Positions 46,030 through 58,134 are shown, counted from the stretch's first letter. The stretch: DNA of 64,000 nucleotides from Mobula hypostoma (GCF_963921235.1 NC_086097.1:109990001-110054000), one strand, 5' to 3'. The notes: a model not told the origin generated them from the letters alone. A program made the numbers and translations.

Positions 46030-49000
46030 TAGGGTTTCTGCAACAGGGTTCCGTAGAACCACTAGAACAGTAGAGGCCATTTCTGGATCTGCAGACTCTG
46101 AAGCAGTAAGGACATGGGAACAGCTGGGATGTAACTTCTGCATGAAAAATTACGATGAAAAAGTAAGTGCAAGAGATTGTGATAAAAAAAAACATTGTTT
46201 TTTGAACTTGACGCAACGCGTGATGCTGGCACTCGCAGTGGTGGGCCGAGAACAAATAATCTCGTTAGAGGTCTCTCTGCCCAGTGTGGCAGTGCGCAGT
46301 CAGGCCGTGTTTATTTGCTGGAGTCCATTCTCAGTTTTTGATGTGAGATAGGGTAGGCTGCTGATAATTGGTGAGCGCTGTATTGCATGGGCGAAGGACG
46401 GTAGGCTGACAATTGGTGAGTGCTATATTGCACAGAGAGGAATATGGTAGGCTGATGAGGAGCATGAAGTGCATTTTCCAAGCATTGAATGGACTCGCCA
46501 TTTTTATATTTTATTAACCCCTGTGTTTTACAGACATGTCCGATGGTCCAATGTGGCAATTTTTGAATTACAATATTCTGAGTCATTTCACTGCACTAGT
46601 GCAACAATGGACACAGAAAAGTCCGCCTTTACAATGAAAGCTACTTATCAATGGGTTTTACATGGACTGGAGATCCAAGTTGTCCTATTTCATTGTGCCC
46701 AGTCTGTAGCAAACAACTTACCAATGCAGCAATGGCTCCAACAAAATTGAAAGGACACTTAACTACAAATCACAGCCATATGACACATGAAAGTGCTGAT
46801 TATTTTAACCGGCTAGTGGAGTCTCAAAACAAACAGAGTAAAGCTTTTATTAATAAAATCAGAGTCATCAATAAGGTTCAGGAAGCAAGTTATTTAGTAG
46901 CAGAACTTATTACCCAGAAAAGGAAAAGACACGCAGTTAGTGAGAACCTAATGCCAGCATGTAAAATTATAGTGGGTAAAATGCTAGGACAAGATGTGAT
47001 ACAAGAAATTGGAAAGGTTTCACGCTCAATGATGATGATGGCTGGATCTTTGCTTGCGAAGATCAGGAGGGAAGAAGAGTCCTCAGGAACGATGGCCTGA
47101 TCGTTGGTGACTGTAGAGGCCAATTCTGGATCTGCAGACACTGAAATGGTAGGGATGCCCGAACAGCTGGGACGTGGGCACTTGGGTAGTGGGATCCTTC
47201 CTGCATCTCCTCCTCTCCTCAGCAGTCGCTCTGCACTGTGGGTCAGCGTTCTCCAGCTGCTGCCACTCATTGACCTCGATATTTGCCTGAGAGAGTTACT
47301 GCTTAAGTTGGTCTTTGTACCTCTTGAGCTGGGCACCTCGATCTGTCTTGGCCTGAGATGGTTCTCCGTGGAGTTCTACTCTTGGTAACTAGGAGTTGTC
47401 CATGTGAGATACATGGCCTGACCAGCATTGCTGCTTGAGCAGCAAAGTGGCTTCAATGCTTGGAAGTTGAGCCTTCTCCAGGACCTCATTATTGGAGACA
47501 AGATTCTACCAGCTGATACCCATGATGGAGCAGAGACAGTGCTGATGGAAGTGTTCGAGCAACCGAATTTGTTTGCGGTACAAGACCCAGCCTTTGGAGC
47601 TGTATAGCAGTGTGGTGATTATGACAGCCTGGTACACCTGGATTTCTATGGACATACACAGCTGTTGGTTCTTCCATATATGTTTCTGGAGGCGGTCGAA
47701 GGCATTGCTGGGTCTAGCGAGTCGATTGTCAATGTCCGTGCTACTATAGCGTCATTGGAGATGACACTGTCTAGGTAGGTGAACTGCTCAACTGTGGTGA
47801 GAGGGTGATCGTCAATGGTGATCCATGGTTGGTTGTAAATGCCACGAGAGGGCTTCTGATGGAGGAACATTGTTTTCTTCAAAATGACCATTAACTCAAA
47901 GGCTCTTTCAGCCTTGGCGAACTGAGTGACTACAGGCTGTAGCGCATCCTCTGTGTGCATGAAAAGAGTACAGTCATCCGCGTATAGTAGCTTGAGAATG
48001 GGGTCTTGCTTGGTTTTTGTCCGGGTAAGAAGGCAGCCGCTCTCAAACAATACAATAAGTCAATGTATTGATGACATGTCACATGATGTTGAAGAGGGTT
48101 TCTCTGATAAACTGAAAAAAAACACCTTCTCTATCCACGTTGATGAGTCAACAGATTTCACCAATAAATGTAATTTTGTAGCATTTGTAAGATTTGTAAA
48201 TGATGGTAAAATTCAAGAAAACCTTTTCTCTTGCAAAAAGCTGCCCAAAACAAGCACAGGCCAAGATATATTTAATGTTTTGTCTTCATACCCAGAAACA
48301 AAAGGTCTGTCTTGGAGGAACTGTGTGCCCCATTGATTCTTACTGAACACTACAGAACAAGATTGAACAGTAATTTTCCTCTCTTTCAATACAAATGTAT
48401 GAATGGGTGAGGGATATTTTTTCTGAATCCTCTGCTCAGCGTGAGAACTTGACTTTGAGAGAGGAGGAAGAACTTTAAGAGCTGCAGTCTGATTTAGCAC
48501 TCAAAATGAAATTTATTGACCTGTCCTTGGACAAGCTCTGGATTTCTGTGAAAGAAGAGAATCTTGTCATTCGAAGGAAAGCAATGAACATTTTGCTGCA
48601 GTTTTCAACTTCTTGCATGTGTGAGCAAGCTTAACCTTGTTTAACAAGAATCAAGAGCAAGGATAGAGATCATCCCACTTCAGTTGAAGGTAAAATCCCT
48701 GTGTGCTTATAACAAGTTCCACCCAGTATTTGTGCAGCAAAAAACAAGCACAGGTTTCACATGCTAGGCCTATATTTGAGCCTGGTCATGTCACTTAGTA
48801 AGAAAATGTTTTTCAGTGTCTCGTATTTAATTGTATTAGGCTGTTGTCATTAATATTGCATTGGTTTATGGTTTTTAGTAACTTTACTATTCAATATTGT
48901 CAATATATATTCATGTTGTAAATAGATTTAATTAAAATCAATTTTCAACCTCATTTTAAATTAAATCTACTGAGCCTACCTTTAGAAATATTAATTCCCA

Positions 49001-49312
49001 TTTTGGCTTAAGCCAGTTATTTAACAGAAATTTATTATGTTTGCCTTATGAGTTTTTAAAATTTATGAAAGGGAAAATGATTAATATCAAGAAAGGTAAG
49101 CTGAGCTTAACTACCTGTTTTTTTTCAAGAAAGGTTGGCTAAAAATTCACTCTCTACTCAAAAGAGCATTGACAATTATTATTACATCTACAAATTACTG
49201 ATCAAACTAACATGCCATGAGCTGTAGAGACAATCATTTTTATGCAGGGGTCCCCTGAGACCTGAAGATTATTTCATGAGTTATTCCAGGGTAAAAAGAT
49301 TGATAAGGGCTG
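46030..49312 (+). mobile_element. hAT (Buster/Charlie-type) DNA transposon, defective
   Basis: BED finger GFTWTGD..LC.VC.KQL.N.AM.P.KL..HL.T.H (46651-47020); LSNNTI..IDDMS..FSIHVDESTD..LFSC (48037-48330); C-terminal dimerisation remnant LWISVKEE..KAMNILLQFSTSCMCEQ (~48500-48700). Right terminus ...gattgataagggctg is followed by ctatagat (nnnTAnnn). Left end uncertain. Confidence 0.85.
47030..48036 (-). mobile_element. RTE (BovB-like) LINE, 5'-truncated, inserted antisense into the hAT transposase
   Basis: ORF 47646-48050 (LLYADDCTL..HTEDALQ..FTYL.SVISND); C-terminal CRSRIGLYSHQR; (CAT)n tail at 47030-47040; imperfect TSD tcacgctcaa/ccgctctcaa. Confidence 0.88.
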
Positions 49313-49421
49313 CTATAGATTTTGCACTTCTCTAATACATTTGTATATTTGTTTGTCTTCTCAGAAGTGAACTACAGATTATATCTAGTAGTGTGTATTC
49401 CCTTCACAGAGATGAACAATA

Positions 49422-49990
49422 GACTATATCCATCGGTGTGAATTGCGGACTATATCCAGCAGTGTGATCTACAGACTATATCCAGCAGTGTGAATTGCGG
49501 ACTATACCCAGTAGTGTGATCTACAGACTATATCCAGCAGTGTCAATTGCGGACTATATCCAGCAGCGTGATCTACAGACTATATCCAGCAGTGTGATCT
49601 ACAGACTATATCCAGCAGTGTGAATTGCGGACTGTATCCAGCAGTGTGATCTACAGACTATATCCAGCAGTGTGATCTACAGACTATATCCAGCAGTGTG
49701 AATTGCGGACTATATCCAGCAGTGTGATCTACAGACTATATCCAGCAGTGTGAATTGCGGACTATATCCAGCAGTGTGATCTACAGACTATATCCAGCAG
49801 TGTGATCTACAGACTATATCCAGCAGTGTGAATTGCGGACTATATCCAGCAGTGTGATCTACAGACTATATCCAGCAGTGTGATCTACAGACTATATCCA
49901 GCAGTGTGATCTACAGACTATATCCAGTAGTGTGAACTGCGGACTATATCCAGCAGTGTGAACTGCGGACTATATCCAGCAGTGTGAATT
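49422..49990. repeat. 26-bp minisatellite, 21 full units plus a partial, two interspersed variants
   Basis: gactatatccagcagtgtga followed by either tctaca or attgcg. Confidence 0.97.
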
Positions 49991-50334
49991 CCCTTCTAAT
50001 GTGTTTTAGTCTTAATCAAACAGATTCTTTGGCCTTGTGGTTCCATTCTCTCTCATAAGCCGATAAGGTTCTCCTCAACAGTGCCACCCCTTGTCCTTTC
50101 TTCTCTATTCTTCTGAAACACTTTTCATCCTAGTGCCAGTCCTGTTCCTTTCTGAGCCAAGTTTATGATGCTGGCATCATATTGTACTCTCAATGATCAA
50201 TTTGTGCTTGTGGATTCAGCCCTATTTACTGCAATCTGCGCAGTCATAAACATGCACAGTATATGGATGCCCAGAAAGGCAGCAAACATCATTGCAAACT
50301 TCCTTCACCCAGGACATTCTCTCTTCTGATGTGT

Positions 50335-50877
50335 TCTGATGTGTCTATCCACGGCCTCCTCTACTGTTGAGATGAAGCCACACTCAGGTTGGAGGAAAAA
50401 CACCTTATATTCCATCTGGGTAGCCTCCAACCTGATGGCATGAACATCGACTTCTCTAACTTCCGTTGATGCTCCGCCTCCACTTCATACCCTATCCCTT
50501 GTTTATTTATTTATTTATTATTAATTTTTCTTCTTCTCTGTCTCTCATTTTTCTCCCCATGTCCCTCTCACTGTAGCTCCTTGCCCATCCTCTGGGTTTT
50601 TCCCCCTCGCCCTTTTCTTTCTCCCTAGGTCTCCTGTCCCATGATCCTCTCATATCCCTTTTGCCAATCACCTGTCCAGCTCTTGACTCCATCCTTCCCC
50701 CTCCTGTCTTCTCCTATCATTTCAGATCTCCCCCTCCCCCTCCCACTTTCAAATCTCTTACTAGCTCTTCTTTCAGTTCGTCCTGACGAAGGGTCTCGGC
50801 CCAAAACGTCGACTGTACCTCTTCCTAGAGATGCTGCCTGGCCTGCTGCGTTCACCAGCAACTTTGATGTGTGTTGC
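50335..50877 (+). mobile_element. 5'-truncated Penelope-like element (GIY-YIG end + pseudo-LTR, hammerhead motif at 50780-50814)
   Basis: Highly similar to 14690-15214; GTC-CTGACGA-A-GGGT-CTCG-GCCC-AAAAC-GTC-GAC; ends at the same ...ttgatgtgtgttgc. Confidence 0.9.
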
Positions 50878-50986
50878 AGAGCACACTAATGATGGTGTGT
50901 TAGGCTGAGTCGTCGCAGGTTGGGTGGTGCAGTGGCTCCCACCCTCCAGGCTACCAACCGATACATTACCACGAAGCACGCAGGGG

Positions 50987-51222
50987 TGCAGCGGTAGCTG
51001 GGATACACACAGCACATCTTTAAGAAAAAAGCCGAAATAAACATGCTAATTAATTACATGCCTCCCGACACGTAATTGTCGGCCCAGATCAGTGCTGATT
51101 GCCAATTGCATTGCCTCTGATCTGGGCCGACAATTACGTGTAGGGTGGTATCTAATTAATTAGCATGTTTATTTCGGCTTTTTTCTTAAAGGTGTACTGT
51201 GTGCCTCCCGGCTACTGCTGCA
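50987..51222. repeat. Long imperfect inverted repeat (fold-back), probably within a DNA-transposon remnant
   Basis: Arms 50987-51092 and 51117-51222 are reverse complements with long perfect blocks. Confidence 0.9.
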
Positions 51223-52274
51223 TTCTCCGCGAATCGGTACAGTATCTGCCCACGGCCTGGGTGTTAGGGTGGTGGGACACTGGGGTATCATCTCGTCGTC
51301 TGTTTCCATTAGAGCAGGCAGCTCATCTTCTCCTATGACTGCCCGCCTCAATGTCGAAGGTCGAGGTTCGTCATCTGCTATGGCTGATGTGGAAGACTTG
51401 CTTGACTGCTGAGCCTCGTGCATTTTCATTGACTGTTTTCATTGACTTCAGGAAAATCTTTATACTGACCTAATTCTATTACCTTCCCTATTTCTTTTTG
51501 CCTGTCTTTAATTTCAATTGTTAATTTTTTTTCTGTTGGTGAACTCTGCCCCTCCACAGATCACTTTGTCATTGCCCTTCTCCTCTTATCCCCCAGTTGT
51601 GTGACATCCTGAAACACGTTTTCATTTTTTTTAAAAGCATACTTACTCCACCTAGTTACCTCATGATTTTTTTTAAAGTCTTGCTTTTAAATCTGACATT
51701 GTGTCATTAAAGGTTTTTTTATTTGTTTAAGGTTATTATTTGCTTGACGTATAATGTTTACAGATTTCTGACACTTCAGCTGGTCTTGTTCTTTTTCTTC
51801 AATCTAGAGGTCGTCAGTTTTGATTCACAAACAGTGAATGATGCTTTGGCTGAATGAATGGCTTGTTCCATGTAATGTTTTGCAAATCACACAACACTAT
51901 GATCACAGGTCCTTTATAGTGCTGGTGATTTCAAATGGCTTGATGTTACAGTACATGGAGTTGCTTTCTTAGCTATCAGGTTCCATATGGAAATTACCCA
52001 CCGGCTCGAATGGTGTCGGGCTATATTTCTCTGTATTTTGTTTCATGCATTCCACTTGACTTTATTACACTTGGACAGGTTTTGCTTAGTTAATTTGCAG
52101 GATATCTCTGAAAAATGAGTGTAGCTGGTGGCATTACCATCATTAAATGCAGTATCCTCAGTAATTACATAAAATTTTCTTGCTTGATTCACTTGCCTTG
52201 ATATAGACAGAATGGATGACTTTCTTTCACAAATTTCTCTTCTTTATATGACCACGAGTGTAATTCTACAATTG

Positions 52275-52985
52275 TAGAACACTACAGGAGCAGGCCCTTC
52301 ACCCCACAATGTTGTGTTGAACCAGCTAAAAAGTAAATCAACCCTCCCCCCAGAACAAATCCCTCCTACCTTCACAATGTCCATATCCCTCCATCTTCCT
52401 CATATTCATGTGCTTATCTAAATGTCTCTTAAAAGCCTCTACCACCATACCAGACAGCTCATTCCAGGCATCCACTATTCTCTCAACAAAAGAACTTACC
52501 CCTCACATCCCCTTTGAACCTACCCCCTCTCACCTTCAGTACATGCCTTCTGGTATTAGACATTTCTACACTAGGGAAAAGATACTCCCTGTCTACTTAT
52601 TCTATGCCTCTGATCTTATAAACCTCCATCAGCTCTCCCCTCAGCCTCCAGTGCTCCAGAGAAAGCAACACAAGTTTGTCCAGCCTCTCCTGATAGCATA
52701 TGCCTTCTAAACCAGGCAGCATCCTGGGAAACCTCTTCTGAACCCTCTCCAAAGTCTCAATATCCTTGCTACAGTGGGTCAACCAGAACTGTATGCAATA
52801 CTCCAGATGTGACCTGACCAGAGTTTTATAAAGTTGCAACATAACCTCTTGACTTTTGAACTCTAGTGCCTCAGCTAATAAAAGCAAGCATTCCATAAGC
52901 TGCCGTAACCACCTTATTGTTCTGCGTAGCCACTTTCAAAGAGCTCTGAACTCGAAACTCAAGATCTCTCTGCTCAGCAACACTA
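52275..52985 (-). mobile_element. CR1 3' portion
   Basis: ORF 52597-52896 (MLQLYKTLVRSHLEYCIQFW). Confidence 0.88.
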
Positions 52986-53896
52986 CTCTTGCTCTGTCTT
53001 TGCTTATTGATCTGTGCTAGAAAGGAAGCTCCATCCAACACCAATAGCAAATGTTGGGCAGGTAGCTGTGAAATATTTGTTGATGGTGACTAGGAAGAAG
53101 TATATCACTGCCTGAGGTTGAAATTTAGGTGGACAGATAATGATGCTGGTAGCACAAGGAGAGACTAATAGTGCACAAAGAAAAAGAGAATAAGATGGAG
53201 AAATAATATTCTGGATTTAACTTAAGTGGGCAGATTTAAAGTTTCAGAAATACACACATTGAGCAATTAAGTCAGTTTTCCTTTTCCAATCTTTGACCAT
53301 ATTGCTGAATCCACTTCTGAGGATCTCACACTGACTTATCACTTCTGCAGCAAACTCTTTTCAATGGCCTTTTTATGTTTGCCAGCAGGTCTTTTCATCC
53401 CATCTGAAGACAGTATTGTGTCTCTACTAGCCTCAGATAAAATAATCATGAAGAGTTGTCTTTGTTCATTCATGAATAATCATGAATGAGTCAAATTGTC
53501 TACAGACAATTTGCACTCCATAGTTTATCCTCCTTTTGCTCTGTAATAAATTCCAAATAGAATAAAATGCAATAATCAGAGTCCCTTATTAAAGAATGGA
53601 GCTGACGTTAGTTTATGCACATCAAAAACAAGCCTGCTTCATCATATCAGCCAAGAAACCTCGAAATGATAAGGAGTATTTGGGTGAAAAAGCCAACGTT
53701 GAGGTGACATGTTCTTTCCCTTGATCCTAGCAAATGGCAATTGATAACAGATAATAAATAGATTAAAATGAGGGAGCATGTGGTTAAAAATTAAATTAAA
53801 ACATCTGACTTATACAAAATACTATTTTTGCTATTAGCACCAAAGGACCAATAACAACCAGAATACAACCATAAGCACATGAAATTCAATCTTCCT

Positions 53897-54600
53897 CAGA
53901 ATCAGAATCAGGTTTATCGTCACTGATATATTATGAAAATTGTTCTTATGGGGCAGCAGTACTATGCAAGAGATATTTTAAAAATTACTGTAAGTAACAC
54001 ACACAGAAAACCAGAAGTGCTCAACATCTATGGAAAAGAGTCAATAGTCGACATTACGGGCCAAGAAGTCCTGAAGAAGAGTTTCAGCCTGAAACATTGA
54101 CTGTTCTCTCTTTTCTATAGATGTTGGCTGACCTGCTGTGTTCCTCCAGCACTTTGTGTATGTTGCTTTGGATTTCCAGCATCAGCAAACTTCCTCATGG
54201 TTGTGATTTACTATAAGTTACAATAAGAAATAAAATAGTGTAAAAGAGGAATAGCGAGGTTCATGAACTGTTCAGAAATCTGATAGAGGCCAGGAAGAAG
54301 CTGTTCCTAAAATGTTGAGTGTGCATCTTCAGGCTCCTGTTGTTCCTTCCTGATGGTAGGGATGAAAAGAGGGTGTGTCCAAGATGGTGAAGGCCCTTTA
54401 ATGATGGATTTTGCTTTTTTAATAAGCTGCCTTTTGAAGATGTCCTCAATGGTGGGGAGCCTCATGCCCGTTTTGAAACTGGCTGAGTCTACGACCCTCT
54501 GCGATCTCTTCTGATGCTGAGCCTTGGAGCCCCCATACCAGGTGATGCTGCAACCTGCCTGCTCTCTGTGGTACACCTGCAGAAATTTGTTGAATCCCCA
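53897..54600 (-). mobile_element. Rex1/Babar 3' portion with nested fold-back hammerhead element (~54000-54200)
   Basis: (CAGAAT)n tail and Rex1 C-terminal ORFs; AGTC-CTGAAGA-A-GAGT-TTCA-GCCT-GAAAC-ATT-GACT at 54067-54102. Confidence 0.8.
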
Positions 54601-55484
54601 AATGGTCAAAAAGGAAAAAAGTGTCCATATTAAATACCGCAAAGCTTATTGGCTGTGATCTGTAGCAAAACAAAATACTGGTCATAACTGAGATTTTGAT
54701 GTGTTCGTGAAATAAAATTAGTTGTATTTCAGTGTAACAGGATCCTGTATTTTATGGAAGAAAGATGTGCGTCACCTTGTTGCGTGTAATTATGAACCAT
54801 ATATCCACAGAGGAACTCTCATAGATGTTGCATGCATGAAAAATGAATAGGAAGATGTGTTTCTAAATCTAAATTTACAACAAACAGGATCTCATGGGCA
54901 CTTGCCATCATCAGTGTTTGCCCTGATGTGAGGAGGAGACGGCCTGCTCCTGCGTGAGGTAATCCCGTGACTACTGCTTCACACTGATTCTGAGCACTGC
55001 TCCAGCACCAGTCTGGGATCAGTGCTTAAGGTTCTAGAGTATGATCTGACACAGAGCACAAAGGGGTTTGGGGAGAGCATGGGGGCATAGTATTGACTTA
55101 GAGGATCAGCCGATGGCTGAAGCCCTGGGCCTGAGTCTGAGAGTCCACTGGTGAAGTTGAAGGCCCGATGTCTGTGAGGCCACAAGCCTGCTGGAAGGCC
55201 GGAGATGGCCTGTCCTGGGGTTAGAGAATGGCTTCTCACTGTGCATGGCTGGGTGGGAGGGAGGTAAGGGAAGAGAGCATAGAGCTGGGTGAGTTCATGG
55301 TTCACACAAGTGAGGCATTTCACTGTATGTTTTGATGTACATAGGATAAATAGATGAATCTGAAGGTGATGGTGATGTATATGACATGAATAAAAATAAT
55401 AGTCAACCAACAAGAGAATGGAAGTGCGTTGCTGACACAGAATAATATACCTTAGCTGTATTGGAGTCTTCACAGAAATGAGGG

Positions 55485-56278
55485 AATCCGGCCAAGATGG
55501 CAGTGCACTCAGTCGCAGAGCCTTCTCTGATTCCAGACAAAGGTGTAATTGTTTGACCTTTACACCTTTTTAATGTTTGCAAGACACTGCTGGGTATTAA
55601 GAATATCAAGCACTCTAGGTTAAGCTCATTAGCGAGCTGCTCGATAGTGGTGGAGCGGGACTTGATGCGTGCCCGCTACAGCCACTCAGGGAGGGTGGTG
55701 GCAGAAGTGGCACGCGGAGGTGGTGCCAATGATTCTCTTGGGTGTGATTGCAAGACCCTGTTGGACATCGGTAATGTAGAATGCAGCAAGTCCTGATCAC
55801 TGTGGGGGTTCTGCATGGCCCTGTTGTTGCGCTGAAAATGCCCTTGTGGCATGGGGTCACCCAGGCGAAGAGACACTGGAGGCGGTGTGGGAGAGTTGGT
55901 GCTGGGTCAAGGCTGACCCCTCCTGTTGGTGCTGCCCTCCAGTGTTCACTCAGTGAAAGACGTTGGATTGCATTCATCTGCGGCTACACCAGTGTGTGAT
56001 GAGGACAGCTGTGTGATTGTTCATGCAGAAGCGAGGCTCCAGGACAATATCACATGCACCATCAATCTACAGGCCATGGCACTTAGGGGCTTGAGCTATG
56101 CTATTATATTGTGACTGTATGTTTTTCTGCAATCTTAATATATGTAATATACTGTATGTGTTGTGTGCTGTGTGTGACTGATGGTACTGTCTTTCACAGC
56201 TTGTCCCCAGAGGGATGCTGTTTTATTTGGCTGTATTCATGGGTATAGTTGAATGACAATTAAACTTGAACTTGAACT
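55485..56278 (+). mobile_element. Non-autonomous element with Rex1-type 3' tail
   Basis: Begins ccggccaagatggc and ends gaatgacaattaaacttgaacttgaa, like the Rex1 copy ending at 15941. No RT remnant recognised. Confidence 0.5.
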
Positions 56279-57244
56279 AGTATCACAGCAATGCTTTCAT
56301 CATAGCTACAGCAACATTTAAAGAAAGCTCTCACTACTACACTGTGGTGACAGCTGAGAGATGGGAAGTAAATATTGATTTTGCTCATGATGCATTTATG
56401 AACAAAGGTAACAGGAATGGAACTGACAGTTTTATACAAAGCTCAGCAGGTGAAAGAAATTCCATTGGTCATCCTCGCCATCCATCAATCCAAACCGATT
56501 TTATGTTTAAAGCCACAACTGGCAAATCATTACAGAACACACGTGCACAGGTTACGGACTTTGATAACATCCACAGATCACTTTATGTCAGAAAATATGA
56601 GTGGATTTGTTTTGCACAGATGCCCTGGAAGGCATTAGCCTGAGGAGGCTCAGCAGCTGCCTGGACCAACTGGAGTCTGCCATAATAATCACATGGCTTG
56701 CAGGATGTTACTTTGCCTATATTATATTTTAATAATACAGAAAATAGAACATGTAAAGTCAACGTCCAAAATATGGTTGCCAGAAAAGTCATTTATCAGG
56801 TACACCAAATCCCCTTCCTTAACTATGTAAGGAAAATGTCTCACATAACATATCCATCAAAATGGATATGCAGCAAAATCTGGATAAACTGGAGGCTTGG
56901 ACTGCTGTGGCAAATAGTATCTTCACTACAAGTACCAAGCAATTACTATTACCAACAAAGCCTGACTTAACAAAGTCTCATTCCCGGTAGTCAACAAAAT
57001 TGTTAAATACCCAACGTTGACATCCTAACCATCCTATGCAAATCCATTGACCAGATAGTTAACTGTACCAGGCATAAATACTTTAGTGATAAAAACAGGT
57101 TGGAAGCTGAGTATTCTGTGGCAGGCAAATCACCTCCTAGTTCTCTAAAGTCTTTCTAATATCTATGAAGCCTAAGCCAGGAATCCAACAAAAATCTCCA
57201 CATGCCCCAATAAGTTCACATCTAAACAGGAATTGCAAGTTGCT

Positions 57245-57860
57245 GCAGGATGTTGTACACTAATCCATTTCCAACACAGACAACCCACCCTACCATCAAG
57301 GACATCTTTAAGTCATTGCCCCTCAAGAAGGTGGCATCCATCAGTAAAAACCTTCACCATGCCCTCTTTACATTAGCACCATCAGGAAGGAAGTACAGAA
57401 GCCTGCAGACCAGCACTCAACATCTTAGGAACAGCTCTTCCCCGCTGCCATCAGATTTCAGAATGGCCCATGAACCCATGAACATGACCTCGTAATTCAG
57501 CTTTTGATTTATTTATTTATTTTTGCAACATAGTAAATTTTATGTCTTATACTGTACTGCTGCCACACAACAACAATTTCACAGCATACATCAGTGACTG
57601 GAGTCTCTAAGGCAGCCCTACATTGAGCTCAATGCTGACTGCCAGCTACTAAGTGCCACTGCTCCTAAACTGTATCGGTCTCTGCTGTTGTTTTGGATTG
57701 ATCAGCTGTGTGGAGAGGGGGAGCCTGCTACACGGGCCTGTTCTTCACACTGTATTTCCCTGTCTTGCATATCACATTGACAGTTGGGACACAACATCCA
57801 TGGTCAACCCCAACCAATGGTGAGCCTCATCAGTGAAAAAAAACCTGATTCTGATTCTGA
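57245..57860 (+). mobile_element. Rex1 3' end containing a 230-bp unclassified insertion (57598-57827)
   Basis: Rex1 C-terminal remnant; 9-bp direct repeat catcagtga at 57589-57597 and 57828-57836. Confidence 0.7.
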
Positions 57861-58134
57861 ACACTCAAATCCATCCAGACCAAAAGAATCTTCTTGATCA
57901 ACAACCCATTCGGTGCCTCAGATATTCACTCCCGCAATCACCAGACTGTCTATGCTACTTGCCAAACCTTCTTTGAGAGTAGCTCCAAACCTACAAGCTT
58001 AGTGGCCTAAAATGGGAATGTCGAAAAGAACACAGAAACAATGTTGTTTTCATGTCACATGTTGTGCTGAGTTGGAAATATACTGCCATGATTTCACTGT
58101 CACCCACTTAAAATCTTGAAAGTCCAATCTTGGG

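Noticed and set aside
46651..48336. Domesticated ZBED8/SCAND3/FAM200-like host gene
   Set aside because: The ORF is interrupted by an RTE, internally deleted and has stops, and a transposon terminus is present.
49422..49990. CRISPR-like array (constant 20-mer with variable interspersed segments)
   Set aside because: The variable part is only 6 nt and takes two recurring states. There are no unique spacers and no cas genes, and the context is vertebrate. It is a minisatellite.
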